From: Patescibacteria group bacterium | GTDB lineage: Bacteria; Patescibacteriota; Microgenomatia; UBA8517 | NCBI GenBank assembly: GCA_035291665.1 | Contig: DATDRP010000001.1 | Coordinates: forward strand, 146,952 to 210,951 | Reading direction: 5' to 3' | Length of the DNA stretch: 64,000 nucleotides | Part shown: positions 56,071 to 64,000 of the stretch, piece after piece | How the letters are laid out: each line of letters opens with the position of its first letter | Position numbering within the stretch: position 1 is the first letter of the stretch | Notes under the pieces: generated by a model | Databases searched by the model: none | Told to the model about the DNA's origin: nothing | The model's input: the letters and a program-made list of their open reading frames with translations, nothing else | Made by a program: the position numbers and the translations under genes

Positions 56071-58267
56071 GGTGTTCTTCGACGATTTTATCAATATTGT
56101 TATATAAATTTAATTTGGATATTGCTATACGGGATAATAAATAAGAAACAAGAGATTCCGCTCCTTGATTTAAATTAATTCGGTCAGGATGCAGTCCGTC
56201 ATAACAACCGCCATTCTGATCATTATAAAGCGGGATTTGTAAACTATTATTTCCCAAAAACCAGCTAAAAGATATTCCAATTAGATTAAGATAATTTTCA
56301 TCGTTAGTTATTTTATGAGCAGTCGATAGAGCCATTATCATAGAAGCAGGATCTTCCGGCTGCTGATCAAAATTACTTCTTTTCCGGTTATTTTTATACC
56401 AAAATGAATGACCAATAGGAATATATCTATTTGATGAAAATGTTTTATTTATGAGAAATGTTAGTGAAGCCTTACCTTTTTCAGTATAGATTTTTGAATG
56501 TGTAATATTTCCGGCGATAAGCAAAGATTCAGGTATGATTGCATTATTGTATCCCAAATAATCAGCAAACCAATTCCAGGATTTTATTGAATTTTTTTTG
56601 TATTCCTTAATCAGTAAATCGGCATGCTCTATGATTAAAGCCAGAAGTTCATCCCGATACTCGGAATAAGCAGTTGAAACCATAGCTAAAGATTTAATAA
56701 TAAAAGCAGAAGAGCGTATATGTTTTAGTTTTCGGGTGACCGGAAGTGCTTTTAAAAATATATCTTTAGCGATATTCCGTAATAATTTTGTATTTTTTTT
56801 GTTACTCATAACTTCACTTACTGCCCATATTGCTCGTGCCGACGAATCTTCCAAATCCTCCGAACTGTTTTGAGTCGTGGCTTCTTTGTGTAAATAATCT
56901 AAATAATTTATAAAACTACCATCATCCTGCTGACACCTTTTAATGAATAAAAGATATTTCAATATTTGCGATTCAGAATACTTATAAGAATCAGATGTCA
57001 TCCAACTGCAGATAACCAACGCCCGCGCATTATCGTCCAAAGTGTACCCGAATTCTTTACTTGGTTTATCCAGTTTGGCAAATTGAAAAAGACCAAAATC
57101 ATCAGTCATATTATTTAAGTGTGTAAAGTTTATTGTTGGCAAAATATTTTGTTTTAGAAGCTCCGAATATTTTTGCGCAACATTGCTCCATAGCATCGGT
57201 CGTGTTTGTTTATAGGCATTCAAATGTTTTTTTTCAAGTTCGGATTTATCACTAAGAAGACCCTTTAATGCTCTCGCATATGCATTGGAATCTTTAATAG
57301 GCACAAGGATTCCGGAATCTTTATTTATAATTTCCTTTGCCTGGGCAAATTCAGTACTTACAACCGCTCTCCCTGTTCCCAATGCATAAGATAAAGTTCC
57401 GCTTACAGCCTGGTTGATATTAATTGAAGTGGATATATAAATATCTGTAGCTTTCAAAAATGTAAATAAATCAGATAGCGATAAATATTGATCATAAAAC
57501 CTAACGTGATTTTCTAATTTCAATTCAGTAACAAGTTCAATCAACCCGTTTCTGTAACTTTCACCTTCATCTCTTTTGACTATCGGATGGGTTTGTCCCA
57601 AAATAAGATAAAGTAATTTAGGTTGGGTTTTTATAAGTTCTGGAAGAGCTTTTATAACATATTCAATACCTTTTCCTCTACTCAGTAACCCAAATGTTGA
57701 CAGGATGCTCAAGTCTTCATTTAATTTTAGTTTTTGTTTTGCCTTTTTGGTAGTCGAAAAAGCAGTGAAGTGGATACCGTGAGGAATGACATAAACTTTC
57801 CCTTTTGATTTTGGGTATAGTATTTCTAATATACTTTTCGAACTTTCTGTTAATACAACAATTATGTTAGCCCTATTAATTATCCTTTCTGTTACATCTT
57901 TCATATGGGTAGATGGTGAAGGAAGTACAGTATGGAGTGTAACCAGTAACGGTTTTTTATAAGAATCGATAAATGAAAGAATGTATTTACCATCAATTCC
58001 GCCATAGATTCCGTATTCATGCTGAATCATTACCCCGCTTATTTCGGAGTCAGAATTAAAGCGTAATGCTAGTTTTTTATATTCTTTTTTGTTGTTCTGA
58101 TTAATAATCCATTCCACCTCCGAAGGATAATTGAATAAATCGAGAGGTGAAAAGTTCATCGCCGCAACTTTACATTGAATCTCATTACCCAGAAGCTTTT
58201 GACTTGAGTTTAATAAATCCTGGTTGAATGTTGCTATTCCGCATTCACGGGGAGGATATGTTCCCAT
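56060..58267 (-). CDS. GT4 glycosyltransferase fused to an alpha/alpha-barrel domain; start uncertain
   Basis: GTYPPRECGIATF, QHEYGIYGG, SGTLSYALG, GYTLDDNARAL, FDQQP, NQGAES. Confidence 0.88.
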   Translation of the reverse strand: MGTYPPRECGIATFNQDLLNSSQKLLGNEIQCKVAAMNFSPLDLFNYPSEVEWIINQNNKKEYKKLALRFNSDSEISGVMIQHEYGIYGGIDGKYILSFIDSYKKPLLVTLHTVLPSPSTHMKDVTERIINRANIIVVLTESSKSILEILYPKSKGKVYVIPHGIHFTAFSTTKKAKQKLKLNEDLSILSTFGLLSRGKGIEYVIKALPELIKTQPKLLYLILGQTHPIVKRDEGESYRNGLIELVTELKLENHVRFYDQYLSLSDLFTFLKATDIYISTSININQAVSGTLSYALGTGRAVVSTEFAQAKEIINKDSGILVPIKDSNAYARALKGLLSDKSELEKKHLNAYKQTRPMLWSNVAQKYSELLKQNILPTINFTHLNNMTDDFGLFQFAKLDKPSKEFGYTLDDNARALVICSWMTSDSYKYSESQILKYLLFIKRCQQDDGSFINYLDYLHKEATTQNSSEDLEDSSARAIWAVSEVMSNKKNTKLLRNIAKDIFLKALPVTRKLKHIRSSAFIIKSLAMVSTAYSEYRDELLALIIEHADLLIKEYKKNSIKSWNWFADYLGYNNAIIPESLLIAGNITHSKIYTEKGKASLTFLINKTFSSNRYIPIGHSFWYKNNRKRSNFDQQPEDPASMIMALSTAHKITNDENYLNLIGISFSWFLGNNSLQIPLYNDQNGGCYDGLHPDRINLNQGAESLVSYLLSRIAISKLNLYNNIDKIVEEHHEN

Positions 58268-58437
58268 GAAGACAACAGTAGGTTTTATTGTCAGCGTACT
58301 TATCCATTATACGCTTTTGGATCAAATTAGACTGAAATTAGTGTTTCAAAACCGATGTAATTAATAGAATAATTTACCTGCTGTAACATTATTCTTAAAT
58401 GTTTTTTGGAAATAACGATAGTTACAAATTAGTCAGA

Positions 58438-59559
58438 TCATATAAACCTGATCTTCATTCCGTCTTCAACTTTTGTTTTCAGTGAAACTTCCTGTCCGGG
58501 AAACTTTGACCCGGTTCCCCAAATTTTCGCTTTTATTATATTTTCGGAAAATTCTTCACCAATTTTCTCCAAAATTTTTCCAAGATCATAGCCATTTTTA
58601 ACCACCATTGGTTGATCATCTCCCGGCTCATCATCATGTTTAATCAAGTATATTCGAATAAGACCAAGTGTCTTCAATACCTCATCTTTTAATTCTTCAA
58701 TTCCGATTCCCATTTGAGCACTAACTTTAAAAATCTTCTGCAAATGAATCGATTCATTAGAAGTATCAGTTTGATCAATTGAATCATTGTTTTTTCGAGA
58801 CTCATCCAATAAATCAACTTTGTTCAAAAGATATATTGCCGGAATATAGACACGGTTTCTCGATGTTGCGTCAATTAATTGCTCAAGGTCAACCTTTTCA
58901 TTTATAGTAATTTCAGCATTTTTTATTCCCATTTCAGAAACAACTTCTTTTATCGTTTCCTTTCCGATTTCTTGATGATGATTTGAGTGAATTGTAATTC
59001 CGCCTTTGAGTTTTTTATCGATTAGTATTTGTGGTTTTTTCTTATTAATTCTGATCCCGTGTTTTTCCAAAGAATCCGTTATTTTTTCTAATGCATTCGG
59101 GAATTCGTTATCGGTCATAATTATCAAAAGATCAGCCCCCCGTACAACAGACAAAACTTCCCTGCCACGGCCTTTTCCGATTTCAGCTCCTTCAATAAGC
59201 CCCGGAACATCCAATATTTGAATTCTAGCGTCTTTATATACCATCATTCCGGGAATAACAGTAACGGTCGTAAAGGCATATGGTGCAACTTTACTTCTCG
59301 CATTAGTAAGCTGATTTATCAAAGTTGATTTTCCAACTGAAGGAGGACCAACCAAAACTACTGTAGCATCCCCTTGGTGTTTAACTGAATAACCTCCTCC
59401 GCCTCCGCCTTTTGATTTGATAACGCTCTCAAATTGTTTATCTTTGAGCCTCGAAAGTCTTGCCCGGAGCATCCCGATATGATGTTCAGTCCCTTTGTGA
59501 TAGGGAGTTTCCCTGATTTCTTTTTGAATTGACTCAATTTGTTCTTGAATTGTTGACAT
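58438..59559 (-). CDS. DRG-type (OBG superfamily) GTPase with TGS domain
   Basis: EI..TP.HKGTEHHIG.L.A.L, GPPSVGKST, YAFTT, DVPG, NKVD. Confidence 0.9.
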   Translation of the reverse strand: MSTIQEQIESIQKEIRETPYHKGTEHHIGMLRARLSRLKDKQFESVIKSKGGGGGGYSVKHQGDATVVLVGPPSVGKSTLINQLTNARSKVAPYAFTTVTVIPGMMVYKDARIQILDVPGLIEGAEIGKGRGREVLSVVRGADLLIIMTDNEFPNALEKITDSLEKHGIRINKKKPQILIDKKLKGGITIHSNHHQEIGKETIKEVVSEMGIKNAEITINEKVDLEQLIDATSRNRVYIPAIYLLNKVDLLDESRKNNDSIDQTDTSNESIHLQKIFKVSAQMGIGIEELKDEVLKTLGLIRIYLIKHDDEPGDDQPMVVKNGYDLGKILEKIGEEFSENIIKAKIWGTGSKFPGQEVSLKTKVEDGMKIRFI

Positions 59560-59772
59560 TTCAGTGAAATTATACCTCATATTGAGTATAATTAGCGGAT
59601 AAGGAAAGTATTTATCTGATTTTAAGGATATTTAGCCACTGTGATGAAATGGATATCACATCGGTCAGATAATCAAAATATATGTGCTCGTAGCTCAATG
59701 GATAAGCAGAGCTTGGCCAAACTACGTTTGGTAGATCATCTGTCTTAGACATTGATGATGACAAGAAAATTA

Positions 59773-59844
59773 GCCCGTGTAGCTTAACGGATAAAGCAGC
59801 GGTCTTCGGAACCGCTGATGAGGGTTCAATTCCCCCCACGGGCA
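59773..59844 (+). tRNA. tRNA-Arg(TCG)
   Basis: Cloverleaf, loop CTTCGGA. Confidence 0.9.
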
Positions 59845-59897
59845 CATGAATTATTTGGAAAGCAATTGTAGAGTATAGTTAAAAAATTGAATATTAG

Positions 59898-59982
59898 GCC
59901 GAGGTGGCGGAATGGCAGACGCGCAGGACTTAAAATCCTGTTTCTGAAATCAGAAGTGAGGGTTCGAGTCCCTCCCCCGGCA
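59898..59982 (+). tRNA. tRNA-Leu(TAA)
   Basis: Class II cloverleaf, loop CTTAAAA. Confidence 0.92.
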
Positions 59983-60011
59983 CACCTGCATAGCAGGTTT
60001 CAGTCTGGCTA

Positions 60012-60272
60012 ATGTACATTGTTTACTTGTTACAAAGCAAAACTAATCCAGAAAAGAGTTACGTCGGTCGAACTATTAAGCCTATTCTTGTAAGATTAGA
60101 TGAACATAATAAAGGTTTAACAAAATCAACCAAACCTTATATTCCATGGAGATTGGTTTATTATGAACAGTTTTATTGTAAACTCTGTTCAGATAAACGA
60201 GAGATTTATTTGAAATCAGGTAGGGGGTTTAGACTAAGAAAATTAATATTGATCAACCAAAATATGTTGTAG
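60012..60272 (+). CDS. GIY-YIG nuclease
   Basis: MYIVYLLQS...YVG.T....RL.EHN.G...STK...PW.LVYYE...RE..LKSG.G. Confidence 0.9.
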   Translation: MYIVYLLQSKTNPEKSYVGRTIKPILVRLDEHNKGLTKSTKPYIPWRLVYYEQFYCKLCSDKREIYLKSGRGFRLRKLILINQNML

Positions 60273-60292
60273 TTGAATTCTGCTTTGCAGAA

Positions 60293-60365
60293 CGGAGTGT
60301 GGCTCAGCTGGTAGAGCGCCGCGTTTGGGACGCGGAGGTCCCCGGTTCGAATCCGGGCACTCCGA
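60293..60365 (+). tRNA. tRNA-Pro(TGG)
   Basis: Cloverleaf, loop TTTGGGA. Confidence 0.93.
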
Positions 60366-60505
60366 CAAGTGAAAATCGATAGTGTCCGGGTTCGATGGTG
60401 CAACTTAAGGAAAAATTATGCACGGCGAATCCCTGTCTGCCGACAGGCAGGCGGGCACTCCGACTGATAGATTTTGTTTTGATATAATATATTTTGACAA
60501 TTTAA

Positions 60506-60576
60506 GCGGGTGTAGTTGATCGGCTCAACACCTCCCTTCCAAGGAGGAAAGACGGGTTCAACTCCCGTCACCCGCT
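60506..60576 (+). tRNA. tRNA-Gly(TCC)
   Basis: Cloverleaf, loop CTTCCAA. Confidence 0.88.
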
Positions 60577-60656
60577 CAAAAATCTGAGATTAAATAGAAG
60601 AACAACGTATTATTTTGTTTTAAGTCTTAAGTTTTCTGAAGGTTGCGAAATGAAGA

Positions 60657-61571
60657 TTATTTCCTGACTCCGATAATTACCTGGACGTCAAATGCAGAAT
60701 CTTTATTCAATTCACTTGATTTTGATGCTACTTGGAAAGTATCTGAAAGAGCTTCTTTCAAATCTTCATAAACTGAATCGGGAACTCCATCTTTCAACTT
60801 AATTTCAGCATCTTCATAATTATAATTGTCAGCGTTACCTGCTGTAACAGCGTCAAACTCAAATTCTTTAAGAAGATCCTTTGCAACACCTGCTTCTCCC
60901 GGAACACCTGAACCGTTAAGAATACTTAATTTATACTTTGAATAATCAACTTCACTCGATGTTTCTGCTGGTGTGGGAGTGGCGGTTGGTTCAGTTTCAA
61001 CCGGTTTTGGTTCTTCTTTATTTTCATCAGTTGTTTTTGTAGCAATACTTTTCTGATAGTAAATTACTCCTCCAGCAATTGCGGCAACAAGAGAAAGGAT
61101 CAGTAGAATGATTAAGAATATTTTGAAAAAACTTCTGTCTTTTTTTGGTTGGTTGGTCGGTTCAGATTCATTATAATTCTCGATCCATTTATTTACTTCT
61201 TCAGCCGATGATTTTGGTTTTTCATCAGTAGTTTCAGTAGTCGCCTCTTCGCTTGGAGGGTTTGAAGTGGGATCTTCTTTTTTATCTGAGTCGATTAATG
61301 AAAACGAGGTAACGCCAGTTGGTGAGGAAGTTTCAGTTTTGACATCCGAATCTGAAGATAAAATATCAGTTTCGGGTTTCAGATCAACCTCTTTTACATC
61401 TTTAGATGATTCAGGTTCGACCTTTTTGCTATCAGCTTTTGGAGATTTTGTTGAAGTTTTAACAGTTACAACTTCTTCTTTTACGTCTGATTTATCAACT
61501 ATAACCGAATCTTCATCACCGGGAACTTCAATTTCAACTTCTTCTTTATCTTTTTTGTCAGCAGATACCAT
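60657..61571 (-). CDS. LytR C-terminal domain membrane protein
   Basis: Acidic disordered N-terminus, TM, ILNGSGVPGEA, GNA, VIIG. Confidence 0.85.
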   Translation of the reverse strand: MVSADKKDKEEVEIEVPGDEDSVIVDKSDVKEEVVTVKTSTKSPKADSKKVEPESSKDVKEVDLKPETDILSSDSDVKTETSSPTGVTSFSLIDSDKKEDPTSNPPSEEATTETTDEKPKSSAEEVNKWIENYNESEPTNQPKKDRSFFKIFLIILLILSLVAAIAGGVIYYQKSIATKTTDENKEEPKPVETEPTATPTPAETSSEVDYSKYKLSILNGSGVPGEAGVAKDLLKEFEFDAVTAGNADNYNYEDAEIKLKDGVPDSVYEDLKEALSDTFQVASKSSELNKDSAFDVQVIIGVRK

Positions 61572-61653
61572 GTCTATTGTTTATTTTGTAAGATATAGAA
61601 TGTTTTGTCAACATATAACTGTAGGATCAAATATGTTAAAATATCAATGTAAA

Positions 61654-61760
61654 TAGTTAGAACTTTGAAAAAATTGGAAATTGAACATCATGAATTGATC
61701 ACTTGAAGTTTGTAATTTCATAATTTTATTAGAAATTAAGAATTAAAAATTAGTAATTTG
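61654..61760. repeat. degenerate 7-bp periodic repeats (TTAGAAA-like)
   Basis: TTAGAAC TTTGAAA...TTGGAAA TTGAACA...TTAGAAA TTAAGAA TTAAAAA TTAGTAA. Confidence 0.45.
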
Positions 61761-61765
61761 TTTAT

Positions 61766-61839
61766 GGTGGGTGTAGCTTAATGGCTAAAGCGCTTCCCTG
61801 TGGAGGAAGAGACTGCCGGTTCGAGCCCGGTCATCCACC
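61766..61839 (+). tRNA. tRNA-His(GTG)
   Basis: Cloverleaf, loop CTGTGGA, G-1 present. Confidence 0.92.
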
Positions 61840-61843
61840 CCTA

Positions 61844-62893
61844 TTAAACTTCAACCTTTTCTGTTGATTCGATGTAATTTATAAGTTGGTCACCGATGCT
61901 TTGGTCTTCTCCGCTAATTCCGATTTCTGTGGTTAATGCTTTTGAACCAAATTTTGTATGGTTACTGGTCCCCACAAACCACCAGTATTTTCCCTGATTT
62001 TCAGTTAATATGAATTTTGCATGTATTTGTTTACCTGTTGGATTAAATATTTTTAATATTGAATTTTTAGTAGAAGATCTAAATTCGTTATTTGAAAGAA
62101 TTTTAGTAATATTAAAAGGAATCTTTTTTAAACTCTCCCATTCGTACTGTCTATTAACTAATAGATTAATGTTTGAACCTCTGGAACTCGCAAAATTAAC
62201 AGTATCATTTAGTTCATCCGGACACCATGAAGATACAACCCATAGGTTTGAGCTTGCATTGAGATTTTCGTGTAGTTTTTGATCGGCATATCTTGAAAGT
62301 ACACCAGCTGAACTTTTACCAGTATCGAAAACCAATTCTAAATCTCCAGCTTTTTGATTCCAACTCTTTTTTTCTTTACTATAATCCCAAAAACTTACTA
62401 TTTTTAACATTTGCACGATTTCTGGTTGAGTAATTTTCATAAACAGTTCATCACGATTAAATGAAGGTTCTGCAAAATCAAAAGATGATAAATATGCTGT
62501 TTCTCCAAGCATAATAATTCTTACATGGTTTCTTCCGACATACTTATTTATTATTGGTATATTGGAATATTTTTCATGCGTGAAGCGAATTACGAAACCA
62601 TCGCCATTGATACCGTCTGCTGGAAATCCCTTTTCGAACTCTTTTCTTGCACTAGAATCGACATTTACGATAGTTTTACATTTCTTTTCTGATAAATCAT
62701 GATAAAAAGGAGTACATCGAGTTCCGGCTTCAAACTGTCGTGACTGCAATATGATTACCTCTATATCATCTTGTTGTAGCTTTTGGTGAATTTCTTCAAT
62801 AACACTTTTTAAATTCATTAACTCAACCCCGGTTTCCGCTTTTTCCCCAAGAACAGAGTCTGCCTGTTTAAGATTAACTACACTTTCTATCAT
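61844..62893 (-). CDS. phospholipase D-like domain protein
   Basis: C-terminal HAKFILTE...GTSN...E; N-terminal copy degenerate (HVRIIMLG). Confidence 0.7.
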   Translation of the reverse strand: MIESVVNLKQADSVLGEKAETGVELMNLKSVIEEIHQKLQQDDIEVIILQSRQFEAGTRCTPFYHDLSEKKCKTIVNVDSSARKEFEKGFPADGINGDGFVIRFTHEKYSNIPIINKYVGRNHVRIIMLGETAYLSSFDFAEPSFNRDELFMKITQPEIVQMLKIVSFWDYSKEKKSWNQKAGDLELVFDTGKSSAGVLSRYADQKLHENLNASSNLWVVSSWCPDELNDTVNFASSRGSNINLLVNRQYEWESLKKIPFNITKILSNNEFRSSTKNSILKIFNPTGKQIHAKFILTENQGKYWWFVGTSNHTKFGSKALTTEIGISGEDQSIGDQLINYIESTEKVEV

Positions 62894-63069
62894 AATAATA
62901 CCTATAGTATATCATATCTAAAGTTCATAATTAAATATTAAACGTCTATATTTTAACCGAATATTTAAGTTTTTAAGCACAATAAATTTAGACTCAATAT
63001 TTATTAATCATTATCATATAGTACAGATTTGAATCTACATAAATAATATGATAAAATTTACCCTATATT

Positions 63070-63495
63070 ATGAAAAGCGTATTGATTAAAATAATTTTAT
63101 TTGTCGCAGTATTGATCTCGACATCATATTTATTGGGAGATAAACAGATATTAGCCAAACAAAACAACAAGAACGTTCCAATCGTTGATTTTCATTATAA
63201 CTGGCTTGATCTTTATGTTGGTTTCGATATTGAAAATACATCACAATATACCCAAATAGGATACGAAATTAGTTATATTAAAAACGATGATCAGACGATG
63301 GTTGTTAAAGGGATTATTGATAATTCAACCAGACAGTCTTTTATAGAAAGAGAGAAAATAATTTTGGGTAGTTGTTCTACTGGAGGAACGTGTATATATG
63401 ATAACCGTACGTCCCCCGTCACACTTACTCTTAATTTTAGTAGATCTCATAATGGACACCACTTCAATTATTCGGTAACAGAAATCTTAAAATAA
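63070..63495 (+). CDS. hypothetical secreted protein
   Basis: Signal/TM, LGSCSTGGTC.YD motif. Confidence 0.65.
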   Translation: MKSVLIKIILFVAVLISTSYLLGDKQILAKQNNKNVPIVDFHYNWLDLYVGFDIENTSQYTQIGYEISYIKNDDQTMVVKGIIDNSTRQSFIEREKIILGSCSTGGTCIYDNRTSPVTLTLNFSRSHNGHHFNYSVTEILK

Positions 63496-63667
63496 TTAGT
63501 GTTTTCGGTAAGAAGTTATACCCGTATACTCTCAAAATCTTTGGAATCCGGGGCTATTGTAGCTTGAACATCGTTTAAGGTGACCCTCATTTATTTGTAA
63601 ATTACATACCTAAAAAATACCCATTAGTAATCTAACTGATCCTAATTTGGGTTATAATAAGTAAATT

Positions 63668-64000
63668 ATGTTAATTGACAGGGCTGAAATTACCTTATCC
63701 GGTGGGCACGGCGGAGCCGGAATGCTGAAAAAACCCAAAGGACCGGATGGAGGAAACGGAGGAAACGGCGGTGATGTTTATATAGCAGGATCTTCTAATT
63801 TGAATCTATTGAACCAGTTTGGACAAGTAGACTTTTTCTCTGCTGGTAATGGTGGAATGGGAGCACGTAATAATAAAACTGGCAAACGAGGGGATGATAT
63901 TGAAATACTTCTACCGGTCGGAACATCTGTTTACAATAGAAAAACGAGTGAGTTAATTATTGACATAAGAAAGACTGACGATCGCTTTCTTATTTGCAAC
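63668..64000 (+). CDS. obg: GTPase Obg, partial (runs off window end)
   Basis: MLIDRAEITLSGGHGGAG...GPDGGNGGNGGDV...G.DI.I..PVGT. Confidence 0.93.
   Translation, partial: MLIDRAEITLSGGHGGAGMLKKPKGPDGGNGGNGGDVYIAGSSNLNLLNQFGQVDFFSAGNGGMGARNNKTGKRGDDIEILLPVGTSVYNRKTSELIIDIRKTDDRFLICN

Overview
AT-rich chromosomal segment that looks like a Patescibacteria (CPR, Microgenomates-like) genome. The inference rests on the CPR-style pilin cluster, trimmed PheT, ThrS and trigger factor, a DRG-type GTPase and many near-leaderless genes. Gene content: glycosyl- and methyltransferases, a type IV pilus locus (about 10 pilin-like genes, pilD, pilMNO), housekeeping genes (rpsP, rnc, nusB, rpmF, recG, tyrS, PBP1A, pheST, rplT-rpmI-infC, thrS, typA, tig, dinB, obg) and 15 intact tRNAs. 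The most interesting signals are non-coding and missed by the ORF track. (1) An amino-acid-sensing regulatory layer: two tandem Phe/Tyr leader-peptide attenuators before a DAHP-synthase-like/chorismate mutase/TyrA-PDT operon, a Leu/Ile/Val-rich attenuator before an unknown 409-aa protein plus Nif3, a pheM-like attenuator before pheS, and a T-box with a very short stem I before thrS. (2) Repeated tRNA-gene disruption and replacement: one tRNA-Val nested inside another, tRNA fragments carrying short palindromes in the T-loop, and two GIY-YIG genes with inverted-repeat flanks wedged between tRNAs. (3) Four ~110-bp IS200/IS605-end-like miniature elements, several in promoters. (4) Two near-identical putative LexA promoters with octamer-repeat hairpin leaders. 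All calls are by eye; no database searches were run.
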